Shown here one piece after another: positions 23,648-36,696 of a DNA stretch of 64,000 nt (position 1 is the first letter of the stretch; the number at the start of each line of letters is the position of its first letter). The notes under the pieces were generated by a model. It worked only from the letters and a program-made list of their open reading frames with translations. It made no database searches and was not told the origin of the DNA. The stretch spans positions 106,717 to 170,716 of the forward strand of contig MU626280.1 in NCBI GenBank assembly GCA_025603075.1, written 5' to 3'. Position numbers and translations under genes: made by a program. This DNA comes from Neoconidiobolus thromboides FSU 785. Its lineage: Eukaryota; Fungi; Entomophthoromycota.

Positions 23648-25297
23648 TCACTCCACTAAATTAAACAATTCTGGTAATACATAAACAAAGAACTCAATAC
23701 CTCCAATCACTGAGTTTGAATTCAAGAACTCATCATTACCATGCGCTGTGTCCTGTTGAAAATTAATAGGTGTTAAACCAATTGAAAACAAGCCTTTTTC
23801 TCTTAAATATCGAAGATCACTACTACCTGGAAAGATGGTCATAGTTATAGGTTTATTACTATTTAAATAAATATATTAATATAATCCTAAAGATAAAAAA
23901 TCTATTAATTATTACATCTCTTTTGCTTTTTTTTCTAAAATTGACCAAAATGGGTTGCCTTTATATTCACTTTGGTATACTTTATCATTAAAAAGAAACT
24001 CAATTTCAACCTCGGATTCTTTGCCCCAAGTTTGAATGTCCTTTTTTAATTTCACTAAATCTTCAATAGGTGTAGCTCGAACATCAAAATAAGCTATGAC
24101 TTTATCTGGGACTACATTAAATGTTTTTCCACTTTGAAGTATATTTAAATTACTAGTGGTAACTTCACCTAATGTAAAATTTTGTAATATCATTTTATTC
24201 TCTTCAATTGTTCGATAGTGTTTCATTCTAAGTTTAAATTGATCCTAATTATTTTTATGTTAAATTATTAGTTAATGGTTGGTATAAAGTATTAAACTAC
24301 CATTTTATCTAAGGCCAAATGAGTTATAAATTTAGAGCCATGACCTGTGTTCCCACGTGCTATGGCTTTAAAACCTCTATTATTTATAATTATACCTTGT
24401 TCGATAATAATAATACTAATAACCCTTACCTTCTCACTCTCTCTGTATAAAACCCCCAAACTCTAGTATCATTGGTAGTAAGACCTAAAAAATAATTAAA
24501 AAATCCAATCAAAAATATTCAGCATTTAATTACCTTCCCCTAATGCTAATGCCACCTCGCCCACATTTTCCTTCCAGAATGTTGAATTCAATATACACCC
24601 CATACCTCTTTTACCACCACTTTCTTCATCACTGACAATCAATACATGTACATCTCTTAGAAATCCATTCGGATATAGATTTTTTAATTGTCGTATGCTC
24701 TCTAAGTGAATTACACCTAATCCTTTATTGTCTGTTGCTCCTCGGCCATAAATTTTAACCTTTCCATTTTTCCCTTTGACAATTGTTTTATTGAAAGCTG
24801 GAAAGTGCCACTCATTCTAAAAATAGTGAGAAATTGACCATATTTTTTATTATGCTGCTAAATAATAAAATTTTACCTCAACTGCAGGTACTACATCCAT
24901 ATGAGAATTTAATAAAATGGATGGTAGACTACTGTTTTTCCCTAATAGTGTGAGTAATACGGAAGGATAATTAGATGGTGAGCACTATTGTGAATAGTGA
25001 GTTTAGTTTAATATAACGGGTTGACGTAGAAATTACTTTGAATAAATTGAAGGTTAAATTTAATTCTTTAGCATAGTTTTGTAAGTAGGCAACAGTACTA
25101 TTGTAATTTGGATTAGGTTCTGCAGTGTTGAATTGGATATATTGGCTTAACTTATCAACTGCTTGTTGCTTTGAACTTTCACTGAGTTTGTGGTAAAAAT
25201 TGCGTGAGTTTTTGATACTAGTTTGTCTAAAAAATGAGCTAGAGATTGAAATTGAACATTGAATGAAGACTGAAATTAAAATATAAAAATAAATCAT
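23648..25297 (-). CDS. M20 family aminoacylase-1-like metallopeptidase with a predicted signal peptide
   Basis: LLNSHMDVVP, IYGRGATDNKG, VSDEESGG, FNVVPDKVIAYFDVR, FPGSSDLRYLR..G, AHGNDEFL. Confidence 0.85.
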
Positions 25298-25618
25298 TTC
25301 TAAAAAAACTCAAATTTTAAGACACAAGTTTGACCCTTATTTATACTTTTGTTTAAACTCGAATTATTCTTAGACTAAATTTATCTTTGTAGCTTTTTTA
25401 AATAAATGTATCATTACAATAATATCAATTTCACAGAACACAAGCATTTTAACAATGATATAAATTTATAACTTAGTGATAATAAAACATCATTTCATAA
25501 ATTTTAATAAATGGTTACAATTTAGTATAAATAATAAATAATAATTTAACAGATTAGATTAATTTAACTTGAATAACTAATTTTCCTTTCATCCTTAAAG
25601 AGCCAGCTTCGGACAAAT

Positions 25619-28600
25619 CTAAATAACTAAACTTGGAGCAAACTGAACATTTCTACTCTTTAAAGCAGTAGCAGGTCTTGTAGCACCACCAAATTTTGAT
25701 TTCGGACGAGGATTAAAAATTGCTTTCGTTCTCCCAATTTCTGCCATTGAAGTTTTTGGCCTTAAACCTAATTTTGAAGCAGTCGATGAAAACTTGCTGT
25801 CATTATCAGCCTGTATAGACTTAATTTTAGCTTGAGAAGAAATAGTATGTTGGAATGGACTCGAGGCTCTAATACCGATTCTTGGAGATATGTTAGTTCT
25901 AGCTACTGGTATTTTGGTGGCTGTATGTGGTGTAGTAGCTCTCATAGATATTGGGGTTTTAATCACAGTACGTGATGAATTGGGTTTATTAGCTATTGGC
26001 ATTTTAGTAGTAATACGTAAAGCGTTACTTTTATTGGCTATTGGCGTTTCACCAATAACATCTGATGTGCCAGTTCTCATATCTGCTACAGTTTTAGTAG
26101 CTGTAAGTGGGGTACTAGTTTTAGTAGCGATTAGTGTTTTAGTTGTAGAACAAGCCATATTGATTTTGACAGCTACTGGTGCTTTATTAGTACTCTGTAG
26201 CGTACTAGCTTTTATAGTCATTGATCCTTTAGTAACAGTACATATATTACTAGTTCTGGCGCCTAATGAGGCTTTAGTAGTATTGAAAGATACATTAGCT
26301 TTAGTAGCTACTGGAGTTTTGGTAGAAGTATGTGACGTGATACTTTTCATAGGTATTGCTGTTTTGGTACTAATATGCGATGGTCTGGTTTTGCTAACTA
26401 TTGGTATTTTGGCTGCGGTGCGTAAAGTGCTAGCCTTGACATCTAGTGAAACATTCGCGGTATTATGAGCTGTATTAGCTTTAGTGTTTACTGACGTTTT
26501 AATACCAATGCGCGATGTATTACTTTTTTTAACTACTAGAGTTTTGGTATGAGTGTGTGGAGCGCTGGCTTTGGTAGTTCCCAAAGATTTGTCAGCAGGG
26601 TTGGCCTTAGTTTGTTCTGACTTTACATTGTGAGCCGGTTCTGTATTTAAGCTTATTTTTATTTGTGATTTGGTGCCTAATTTTGATTGGACTTTCTCTT
26701 TGATAGGGAGTGGCTTCGTTTCATTAAACTGATTTCGATCACTATCTTTTAATACGTTTTGAACTGATAAGATACTATTATTGGTATGATTAATAAGATT
26801 ACCAATAGTTAAGGTTTCAGATGAAGATTTAAGAATAAGGGATGATGTTAAACAACTATCCGACTCCATTGAATCTGATTCATCATATGAGATATCAAGC
26901 CTGGAATTACTTACAATAGATGAACTACGAGAACTCAAGCTAGATTTAGGGATGGGAGTTGATGTTCGGCAATTATCGAATTCTATTGAATCTGCTTCTT
27001 CGTCAAAAGCACTAAGCTTTATACTGTTACAAACAGATAATCTACGAGGATTAAAAGCTGCTTTAGATGGCGATACTTCAGATTCTGATTCAAGAGATTT
27101 TTGAAGTGGAGTATTGGTATTTGATTTCTCAATTGTATGGAGATCAATCTTCAATCTATTTCCTTCATAAGCGGCATTATCAGCACCTATGATTTCCACA
27201 TTATCCCTCTTACGTTGAACTGAACTTTGGAGAATTGTCAAGAAGTGCCCACCTTCGAATAGAAAAGGCTTATGATATTTACTTTCATACAACTTAACTA
27301 GTTCAGTAAGTGAATCCTCAAGTCTTCCAAGTTTTGGATAATTTTCTTTACGGAACTTTTCTTCAGCCGCAAAATTTAAAGAATTTCCCTCAAAACGATG
27401 ATTATTTTCCTTAGTAAGCTTGCTTTCATACTCACGTAAGCTATCGATGATAAGTTTACGCTCACAAATCCTATCATAGATTTCAGGTGCATTTTCAAGC
27501 TGGAATTTTTGAGTATGATATTCATTATACATCAATTCTAATGTTTCGAGTGAAATAGCCCTACTTTTGATATATTTTATACTTTTTTCAATATTTCCTT
27601 TAGATATACTACTTTCTTTCCACAACTTCTCGAGTTTGTTCAAGAGATCTCGATGGAGTGTTTCTTTATTATCATTTATCTGCTGTAATGCTTCAGTAAT
27701 TGCATAGCTAAGCTTTTGAGAAAATATTTTTCCATTTGGCTTTAATACATTTTCCTGCTTTTCTAGTGGTACATTACCGATTCGGTAAAGCCTTTTAAGC
27801 TCTTCATACGTTTCCTCTTCTGTGAGTCCCTCTTCTTGAATATCAATATTCTGATTGGTATTGTTTTGTATTTCAATTGTAATCTCACTCTTCTTAATAA
27901 GTATTTTGATAACTGGGATTGATAGATTTAGGATGTCTTTTTCTGTTACCTTGGAATACCAATCGTAAAATAGATGCTTCTCATCAGGACAGCATGGTCC
28001 ATGTTCATGTATTGACTCTACATTAACTTCATTAGGAAGATCAGATTGAAATAAAATTTCTAGTGCAATATCAATATCATCTTTTTCAGTAGGGGTTATA
28101 CACAAAGTATTCCATTTGTGAAATATCCATGATACAGATATGTTGAAACTATTGATTCTTTCTGTCTTGATCATAGATAGTCTAGAGGCTTCATTGATTA
28201 TGGGATTATAAATATGTGAACTGACATCGGTTAAAGAACAGTTGGTGAATTCGGGGTTGATATAAACCTCGGGACCAATTAACTGAGATTGATTATATGC
28301 TTCTTGGATAGTTACTCTACGAGCAGATATTTCGTTTTTAAGATTAGTCAAGTTATTGATAAGTTTAGGTTTGATTAGGTATGGTGATTGGCTATTACAA
28401 AAATGTATTACAGAGATATAATCGTCTACATCTCGGTTCAAAACTGAACAAAGCTCTTCGATCTCTAGGAAATAGTCTTGAATCTCGGACTTAGATTGCT
28501 CCAACTCATGCTCTTCATTCAAAATAATTTTATTAATCTTTTCAACTACCGGTAAAAGCTTTGACATAAAGAACCTGTGATCGTATTTACCATCAATATT

Positions 28601-28711
28601 AGCTAGGTAGCCTTGTTGCGACCATAAACCTTTTAAACGACTGATGGATTCATCCATGTGAAGTTGTAGTTGCTTCTCGGCAGTGTCACAGTTGGACAAA
28701 TCTTGATGCAT
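25619..28711 (-). CDS. ASE1: Ase1/PRC1/MAP65 microtubule-bundling protein with a long basic repeat tail
   Basis: Intronless 1030 aa; helical N-terminal half; RFEGNSLNFAAEEKFRKENYPKLGRLEDSL..YESKYHKPFLFEG resembles the MAP65/Ase1 conserved region. Confidence 0.75.
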   Translation of the reverse strand: MHQDLSNCDTAEKQLQLHMDESISRLKGLWSQQGYLANIDGKYDHRFFMSKLLPVVEKINKIILNEEHELEQSKSEIQDYFLEIEELCSVLNRDVDDYISVIHFCNSQSPYLIKPKLINNLTNLKNEISARRVTIQEAYNQSQLIGPEVYINPEFTNCSLTDVSSHIYNPIINEASRLSMIKTERINSFNISVSWIFHKWNTLCITPTEKDDIDIALEILFQSDLPNEVNVESIHEHGPCCPDEKHLFYDWYSKVTEKDILNLSIPVIKILIKKSEITIEIQNNTNQNIDIQEEGLTEEETYEELKRLYRIGNVPLEKQENVLKPNGKIFSQKLSYAITEALQQINDNKETLHRDLLNKLEKLWKESSISKGNIEKSIKYIKSRAISLETLELMYNEYHTQKFQLENAPEIYDRICERKLIIDSLREYESKLTKENNHRFEGNSLNFAAEEKFRKENYPKLGRLEDSLTELVKLYESKYHKPFLFEGGHFLTILQSSVQRKRDNVEIIGADNAAYEGNRLKIDLHTIEKSNTNTPLQKSLESESEVSPSKAAFNPRRLSVCNSIKLSAFDEEADSIEFDNCRTSTPIPKSSLSSRSSSIVSNSRLDISYDESDSMESDSCLTSSLILKSSSETLTIGNLINHTNNSILSVQNVLKDSDRNQFNETKPLPIKEKVQSKLGTKSQIKISLNTEPAHNVKSEQTKANPADKSLGTTKASAPHTHTKTLVVKKSNTSRIGIKTSVNTKANTAHNTANVSLDVKASTLRTAAKIPIVSKTRPSHISTKTAIPMKSITSHTSTKTPVATKANVSFNTTKASLGARTSNICTVTKGSMTIKASTLQSTNKAPVAVKINMACSTTKTLIATKTSTPLTATKTVADMRTGTSDVIGETPIANKSNALRITTKMPIANKPNSSRTVIKTPISMRATTPHTATKIPVARTNISPRIGIRASSPFQHTISSQAKIKSIQADNDSKFSSTASKLGLRPKTSMAEIGRTKAIFNPRPKSKFGGATRPATALKSRNVQFAPSLVI
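25880..26554 (-). repeat. 15 x 45-bp (15-aa) degenerate coding tandem repeat
   Basis: Units such as TSTKTPVATKANVSF, STTKTLIATKTSTPL, ITTKMPIANKPNSSR, TATKIPVARTNISPR; 675 bp = 15 x 45 with no indel. Confidence 0.85.
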
Positions 28712-30712
28712 TTTAAATTTAAATAATGAAAGAAGAATATAAAAACAATAAAAATAGCAAGAGGCTTAATGGAGAATTGGAATTTTTATATTGATTTTAA
28801 AAAACATGTTTATTTACTGAGTGATTAATTAAACGCTAGCCAATAGTTTGTACGTTTCTAATAAAAAAACCAGAGATTTGATTTGATAGGGTAAATAAAA
28901 TTTCTTTTAATCTGACATAAATGGATTTCCCCTTATTAGAACAAAAAGTTAAAAAGTATCTTGATAAAAAGACGTTTGTGATTGAGAAAGTAGAATACTT
29001 AAGATACAAAGCAAGTAAATTATAACGGATATTGTAATAAAATTATAAAACCATTTGAACTAATGATTTTTAAAATAAACAAACAGTTTCAACAAATAAC
29101 CATAAAACAACCTGATAAATTCCTAAACTTATTGAAATAATTTGCTATGAGAAGTTAAGGTTCTACTGTCTATAAGTTCGAGCTTTTAAGTGACAAAATA
29201 AAAGGTATGATCAAAATGAGAAGTAAACTTGTTTTTTGTTAATATTATCCAATCCAATACATTATCATCTGTCTATAAAACAACTTTATTTGGTCATATA
29301 TTTTTTGTCAATTTCATTTCTCAGTAAAATATATGAATATATTATTCTTTGTATTAAACATGACATGAATTTTTACAACTTTCGATTTGAAATACATCTA
29401 TTTATGGAGTATAAATTTATGTTCTAGTTAAATCCAAATTCTATAACGTCATTTCATTAAGATCAATGCTTATTTATGGATGAATTTGCACCTTATCCTA
29501 TTTATTACTGTTTATATAGTATTTTTATAGAGATGTAGGCTATTGTCAAATATTTCCATATCAATTTATTAAGTATAGTTAAACTAAAATATATATCCTG
29601 ACACCAAAAATAAAATAATAAATAACATTTTGAATCATATTAACTAAGATAATGTATTGATATTATTATAATACTACTAAATCTCTAATCAACCACATCT
29701 AGCTTAGTTGTAATAGATACCGCTTGTAGTCCTTTTTATGGCTTTATTTGCATGAAATTCTATTTTGTATTTCAGAATATAAAGATTTATTAAAAATTTG
29801 TCTAGTAATTTTTTTTTAAATGTTCATAATAATATATAAGTTACTTTTTAATATAATAAAAGTTACAAACTAATTTTCTTCAAAACCTTATACTAAATTG
29901 AGTTATTTTGTTTTACAATTGATCTTTTATTTGTAAATTATTATATTAGTTATTGTTAATTTTAATTATTGATATATCAATAAGCTTAGTTAAATGTAAA
30001 CTTTATTATTATATACCAAACATATTACTGCCTTAGTAGGTTCAAAATTTTAAAAAATTCAAGTTGTATTGATTATATAATTCTCTAGATACATCTCATA
30101 AATAATAAACATTCGGGAGGTTTATTTGTTTAAAATAGCTAAGAAAAGAGCGGAAAAAGATAAATAAAAAGCTTTCTTGCCACCCCCGTTATCATAAATG
30201 TGTGCTTTAGTAAACTTTGAGTTGTTAACCCACTCAATTATCTGTTTTATAAAGATGAATTATAAAAAAGAGCATAAAGGATCTTTAGTAAATATAAGTC
30301 TTGAGATGATTTTAAGATAGTCTAAAATACTAGAAAACTAAAGGCTCACCTAATTCAATATTGAAAAAACTTAAGTGTAAACATCATTTGCTTTTTGTAA
30401 GCAGTGTTGCTTGCATGATTTAAATCGAATTAATCTTTTGAAACTGAATTTTAAAAAAGGATCTAAATTAGCATAAAATCGATTAGAATTCATGTTCTAA
30501 TCAAATAGAATTTAAGAAATTTGGCACTTAAAGGGTTGAAACAACCAATCAATTTAATTGATGACGAATGTTAACGGAAAAAACAAAAACTGATATTTTA
30601 TTTACTATTCCTTTTTATTTTTATAAGTATAAAAATAATAACTTTAAGTCAACGCTTATTGACAATAATCAAATCCCATTACCTATCAATATTAACCTAA
30701 AGCCTACGTGTA

Positions 30713-32959
30713 ATGGGTCAACAACCAGAGATACCCATTCTAAAAAAAGAAGAGTATTATCATGAATATCATGGTAAAAAATACCTTGATGAATATCACT
30801 GGTTACGAGATGATAAAAGAGAAAACGAACAAGTTTTAGATTACTTAAAGTCTGAAAATGAGTATTCTAACAACTTGATGAAGGAATTGGAGCCTTTATC
30901 AGATGAAATATATTCTGAGATGGTATCCCGAATTGTTGAGGATGATGTTTCTGTATCAATTAAAAAGGAAAATTATTATTATTATAATCGAGATATTAAA
31001 GGTCAACAGTATGCTTTAAACTGTAGGAAGTTAAATGAAAATGGAGAGGAAGAGGTTTTATTAGATCTAAATAAATTTGAATTTGAATATTTAAGTTTAG
31101 GTGCTTTTGAAGTTGATTCTATGAACAATAAAGTAGCTTATACTTTGGATACTACTGGGGATGAGAAGTATAGCTTATTTATTAAAGATTTGAATACTAA
31201 AGAAACTAATTTAGAGTTGACGGAAGTTAATGATTTTATTGTTTGGTCTAGTTGTAATAATTATATATTTTATACTAAAATGGATGATACACTTCGACCC
31301 AATAGATTATTTCGACACAAAGTAGGAGATTTACAAGAAAAGGATAAGCTGTTATTTGAAGAAAGGGATTTAAAATTCCATTTAAATTTAGATAAAAGTA
31401 TATCCAAAAAATATCTTTTTATGGAAACTTATTCATCTACTAGTTCTGAAGTTCACTTTATTAACCTTGATAAACCAGAGGAAGATTTAAACTTATTTTC
31501 TAAACGTCAAGTAGATCGTATATATGAATTAGAATATCAAGAAGATGAATTTTTAATCTTAACCAATCGATATCAAAATGAAAAATTTATAAATTTTCGA
31601 TTATTTAAAAGTAAAATTAATCAAGAAAAAGAAACCAATGAAGAAAATTGGGAAGCTATATTAGAATATAATAAGGACATTTATTTAACATCAGTATCTG
31701 CTACTAAAGATTACATATTGTTAGAGGAAAGATATAAAGGATTAGCACATATTCGAATAATTAATTCTAATTCCCAAGAATATCGAATTGAATTTGAAGA
31801 ACCCATTTTTGTAGCAGAATTAGAATCTCAATATTTGAATTATAAGGAAAATGAAATTGTGTTTTCTTATTCTTCATTAACAACACCAAATTCTATTTAT
31901 AAATTTAATGTCAATAATAAAAAAAGAACCTTATTAAAACAAGAACCTGTGTTAGGTAATTTCAATAGCCAAGATTATCAAAGTGAGAGAATAATAACTT
32001 CAAATGGCGTCCCAATATCTTTAATATATAAAAAGTCATTAATTAAAAAAGACAATAGTAATCCCTTACATTTATATGGCTATGGTAGTTATGGATATTC
32101 AGAAGAACCTTATTTTAATGCCAATATTATCTGTTTATTAGATAGAGGTTTTATTTATGCAATTGCTCATATCCGTGGGGGTACAGAATTAGGTAGACAT
32201 TGGTATGAATTAGAAGGTAAATTAAAAAATAAAAAAAATACGTTTGAAGATTTTGAAATTGCAGCAAATACTTTAATTGAAATGGGTTATACCTCTTCCC
32301 CTTATATTTCAATGGAAGGTGGATCTGCTGGTGGACTTTTAATGGGTGTAGTATTAAATAACAACTATACTAAATTTAATGCCGTTATTGCTGATGGTAA
32401 GTTGATTTGATTTGATTTGTATTATATTAATAATTGAATAAATAAATTATTTATAACATAGTTCCCTTTGTTGATGTTATTAATACGATGATGGATGAAA
32501 GTATTCCATTAACGGTTAAAGAATATGAGGAATGGGGGAATCCCAATGAAAAGGAATATTTTGATTACATATTATCTTATTCGCCTTACAACAATTTACC
32601 AAAAAATCCGAAAAACTTTCCGCATTTATTAATACGCTCTGGATTCAATGATCCTATGGTACAATATTGGGGTAAGTTTATTTATAATAGTTTTAGTTAT
32701 AATCATTTTATTCATTATTATTATAGAACCAGCTAAATATAGTGCTAGATTAAGAGATATATTAAAAGAGAATAATCCAAAACCAATATCTATTTCAAAA
32801 GAAGAGGAAGCCAAAAGAAATGAAACAAAGATTTTACATTTTGTTAATATGGGGGCTGGTCATTTTGGTTCTTCTGGGAAATATGAGCACCTTAAAGAAT
32901 TAGCGATTAATTATGCTTTCTTAGTTGCTACTGCAAAAAGATTAGAACCCTTTAGCTAA
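30713..32959 (+). CDS. Oligopeptidase B / protease II (S9A)
   Basis: DEYHWLRDD..VLDYLKSENEY; GYGSYG; AHIRGG; GGSAGGLLMG (Ser); spliced AD/VPFVDVINTMMDESIPLT; DPMVQYW/EPAKY; GAGHFG (His); two introns near the 3' end. Confidence 0.93.
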
Positions 32960-33029
32960 TATTATGCTAGTTACGTTTTGTTTAATTTTTAATAATATGA
33001 TGTTTTTTGATTTTCAATTTATTCTATAT

Positions 33030-33126
33030 GAGGATGTTTTTTTGGTTTCATTACTTTTTCACTTTTCAAGCGCTATTTGAGCAGAAACATTGTCAGTAAA
33101 ATTCTTAAACAAAAAAATACATCCCC
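33030..33126 (-). mobile_element. MITE copy (reverse)
   Basis: Reverse match; flanks ATAT/ATAT. Confidence 0.9.
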
Positions 33127-34070
33127 ATATTGAGTTTATTTAATATATTATTTAAATGTATTTTTAATAATTATATAAAATAATGATCTATGAAATTTAA
33201 GCCCTAGTTTTAACTATAGACACAATCAAGCCAGTGTAATACTTAATTTTAAAGACTTCTTTAATTCAGTTGGCATTAAATTATAGTATTTATTTAAAAA
33301 TAATACTATATTTTAATACTAATTAGATTTTAAAAAAAAGTTACTTTGTAATTTATTTCATAAAAAAGAACTGAAAAAGTAAACAATATGCAAGAGAAGG
33401 TCAAAAAGTTCACATAACCAAACAGCTCTAATTATTAAAGAGTAATTTTGAATTTAGCCTATAAATGTAAAATTATATACAAAGTTTCAGTGATTAAATC
33501 AGTTGTTTTTGAGATACTATTGCAAAGGTTGAAAGGTTGAAAGTTTGAAAGTGAAAATTTTAAATTTAATATTTAGGAAAAAGGTTGTAAAGTTTTTTAG
33601 TTGATTGTTTATAATAAATGAAGGAATTTCAATCTTAGTAATTAAGACAAACCTATAAACAAAAAAGAGTATATGATAATCAAGCAAACTAAATGAAGTA
33701 AATAAAAAAATAGTTTATGTTATTAATAAGATATAAAATAAATATAAATATAATCAAAAAATAAAATAACTTTATTATATCAAGTCCAATAAAATCCAAG
33801 AAAATAAATCCTTATGTTAGAAAGTTTTTTATATACTTCATATTACAATGCTATATACAAAAAGGATAATAGTAATTATAAATCTACATTATAACTATTA
33901 AGTATAAATGTTGAAATATGAAAAAATATTTTTTGCAGCAAAATCTAGAAAAACTTTGAATTAATTATGCATAAATTTCAACAATAAAACAATTTAATTT
34001 AATAAAAATAAATAAAAATCAACATTACCTAGTTTATGGTTATGATTTATGATAAATATTAAATCAATAT

Positions 34071-34166
34071 GAGGATAGGTTTTTTTGTTTGAGAATTTTA
34101 CTAACAATCCTTCCACTCAAATAGCGCTTAAAAAAGGAAAAAGTGATGAAGTCAAAAAAACACCCT
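34071..34166 (+). mobile_element. MITE copy
   Basis: Matches consensus; flanks ATAT/ATAT. Confidence 0.9.
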
Positions 34167-35238
34167 ATATTTTAACTTTATAACTATTAGTAAATATCTT
34201 ATTAAACTTATATATATAAATTAGATTGAATTAAATTAAACTATAATTTATAAACAACCTCTTTAAAAATAATACAATAATAAATTGTAGTTATTTCAGG
34301 GATTAAATTTACTAATAATAAAATCCAGGGAGACAAATTCCATAACTTATCTACCAAAAACTACTTTACTACCCTCAACCTTTGAGCATAGCATTTTCTA
34401 TCTCAAATCTAATGGTAATTCCAATATCTAACTATTTTAGAATACTAAAATCCACGTCTAGTATTATTTTCAATTCTGTTAAAATTAAAATAATTTTATT
34501 AATAAACTAATTGACTTTAAATTGAGAATATCTGGTATTAAATATCTAATCGTTCAAGGGGTTAAATCCTCCCTGTTTATCCGGGGATAAATTTTTATAG
34601 ATAAAAAAGAGGCCTAATATAATAATGTAATTATGAATAAAGTTCAAAAAATCAATTTGAAATAATTAATCTACAAAAATCAAATATATAAAGACTAAAA
34701 ATACTATCGGAAGTAATCTAAAAGTCAATAGATGGAATCTATAAAGAATGAAATCATTTAAAATATCTATAGTTCAATTTATTTGATTTCTAATTTATTA
34801 TTGAGTTATTATTTTTATTTATTGAGTTTCAAGTTCTATTTGTATCTGTTTAATAATTTGCTTACAAATCTTAGACAATAAAATTTTAAAGTTAGTCCCT
34901 ATGGTGTCATAATTGTTATTTAGAAATTTATATAGGATTTTGATTAATGATTGGACTGGATTATCTAAATTAATCTTGTTTCATTGGTTTAATAAAATAT
35001 GTTTGACAGCTTAACGTTTCTTCACCAATTATAGTAATATTTAGCCAATTTTTATTCATCTTTAAAAAAGTGATGCATTTTTTACAATTAACCAATAAGA
35101 TAAGTAGATTGAATCCAACTTATAGAATGGATGGTATATAAATCGACCGAGGTATGGTAATAAAATTTAATTTTAATTTTATCTTTATTTTTTTGAATTT
35201 ATAATTCAGCCTTAACTTTCAATCAAATTGATACCATT

Positions 35239-36150
35239 ATGCCTTCTGTAAAAATTTCACCCTCAATGTTGTCTTCGGACTTTGCTATGTTAGCTGAAGA
35301 AGCTAAAAGAATGGTTGACTTAGGTGCGGACTATCTTCATATGGGTAAGTAGTTTATTATTTTAATATCTATAATAACATATATTAATTGGTTATTTTAG
35401 ATGTTATGGATGGGTAAATTAATTATATTATTATAATTAAATATATATTAATTTTATAAAAAGCCATTTTGTACCAAATCTCACCTTAGGTGCTCCTGTT
35501 GTTAAAGCTCTTCGTCAACATACTGATATTGTTTTAGGTAAGTATTAGTTTGTTTTTATTGTTGACATTTAATTAAATAATTAAAGATTGTCATTTAATG
35601 GTTTCTGAACCTAATAAGGTAATTCAATCATTTATTTTACTTGGTTTATTTTAATATGTCAATTATAGTGGATTGATGACTTTGCAAAAGCAGGCGCTTC
35701 TATTTTTACATTCCATTGTGAAGCAGTTGGTAAGTTATTTTAATTAATAATTTAATAATAAAGTTTAATATCATTTTAGAAAACTTAGAAGAAACCCTTG
35801 ACCTTGTACATGCAGCTGGTATGAAAGCCGGTGTTGCAGTTAAACCAAAAACACCGATTGAAACTATAATAAATTTATGTCATAAAATAGATATGGTACT
35901 CGTAATGACAGTTGAACCAGGGTTTGGTGGCCAATCATTTATGGAAGATTGTTTACCAAAAGTTAGAGAAGTACGTAAACGTTTCCCAGAAATTGACATT
36001 CAAGTAGATGGTGGTCTTGCTCTTGATACCATTGAAAAAGCAGCTCAAGCTGGTGCTAATGTTATTGTAGCTGGTACAGCTATCTTTAAAGCAGACAAAC
36101 CAGGAGAAATTATCCAAAAGTTTAGAGAAGTTGCTTCAAAATATCAATGA
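35239..36150 (+). CDS. RPE1: Ribulose-5-phosphate 3-epimerase
   Basis: ISPSMLSSDF..DYLHM/DVMDG/HFVPNLTLG../DCHLMV../..MTVEPGFGGQSFM..IQVDGG..AGANVIVAGTAIF; 5 introns. Confidence 0.96.
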
Positions 36151-36624
36151 TTTATTTATGATGAAGCTTGCCTTTTTGAGATTTATTAATTCTAACCCTT
36201 AACTTAATAAACCATTCAATTAATGGTTTTTAATTAATAGTTGTTTTTATTTTAATAGTTTAAGTTATATTATCAAGTAGAAGGTTTTATATTTTCCTTT
36301 AAAATGTGTGTATAGGTAAATAAATAGAATGTTCTTATCTAGTAAATTATGAGCGTATTAATAATCTATGTTTTTAATTTAAACGATTAAATTTGAATAT
36401 TAAGGAAGTTATTACTTTTGAAGAATAATACTAGTTTTTATTAAATTTATCGCTTTAATAGTCCAAAAAATTTCGAAAGAAAGTATTTAATGTTATTTTA
36501 ATTTTAGATTATAAAATATATATTATAATAATTACAAAAGATGTAATGAGCATTTGATAAAAAAATAAAAGTTATGTATTAATTTAAATTTTAAAAATTT
36601 AAACTATTTTTGTTAAATATTAGT

Positions 36625-36696
36625 TATCCCACATGAGGATCGAACTCACAACCATTTTATTGATTAACCAATGGCTAATCGGCTTCACCAAAAGAC
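36625..36696 (-). pseudogene. Degenerate tRNA-like sequence (72 nt)
   Basis: Intact T-arm GTGAG-TTCGATC-CTCAT at tRNA-like spacing; acceptor stem weak (G-T rich); anticodon arm not assignable. Confidence 0.35.

Noticed and set aside
25890-26468. 192-aa hydrophobic + strand ORF resembling a membrane protein
   Set aside because: Antisense shadow of the T/K/A repeat in ASE1.
33527-33558. GTTGAAAG-like short tandem repeat as an interstitial telomere
   Set aside because: Only 3-4 degenerate units and not a recognised telomere motif.
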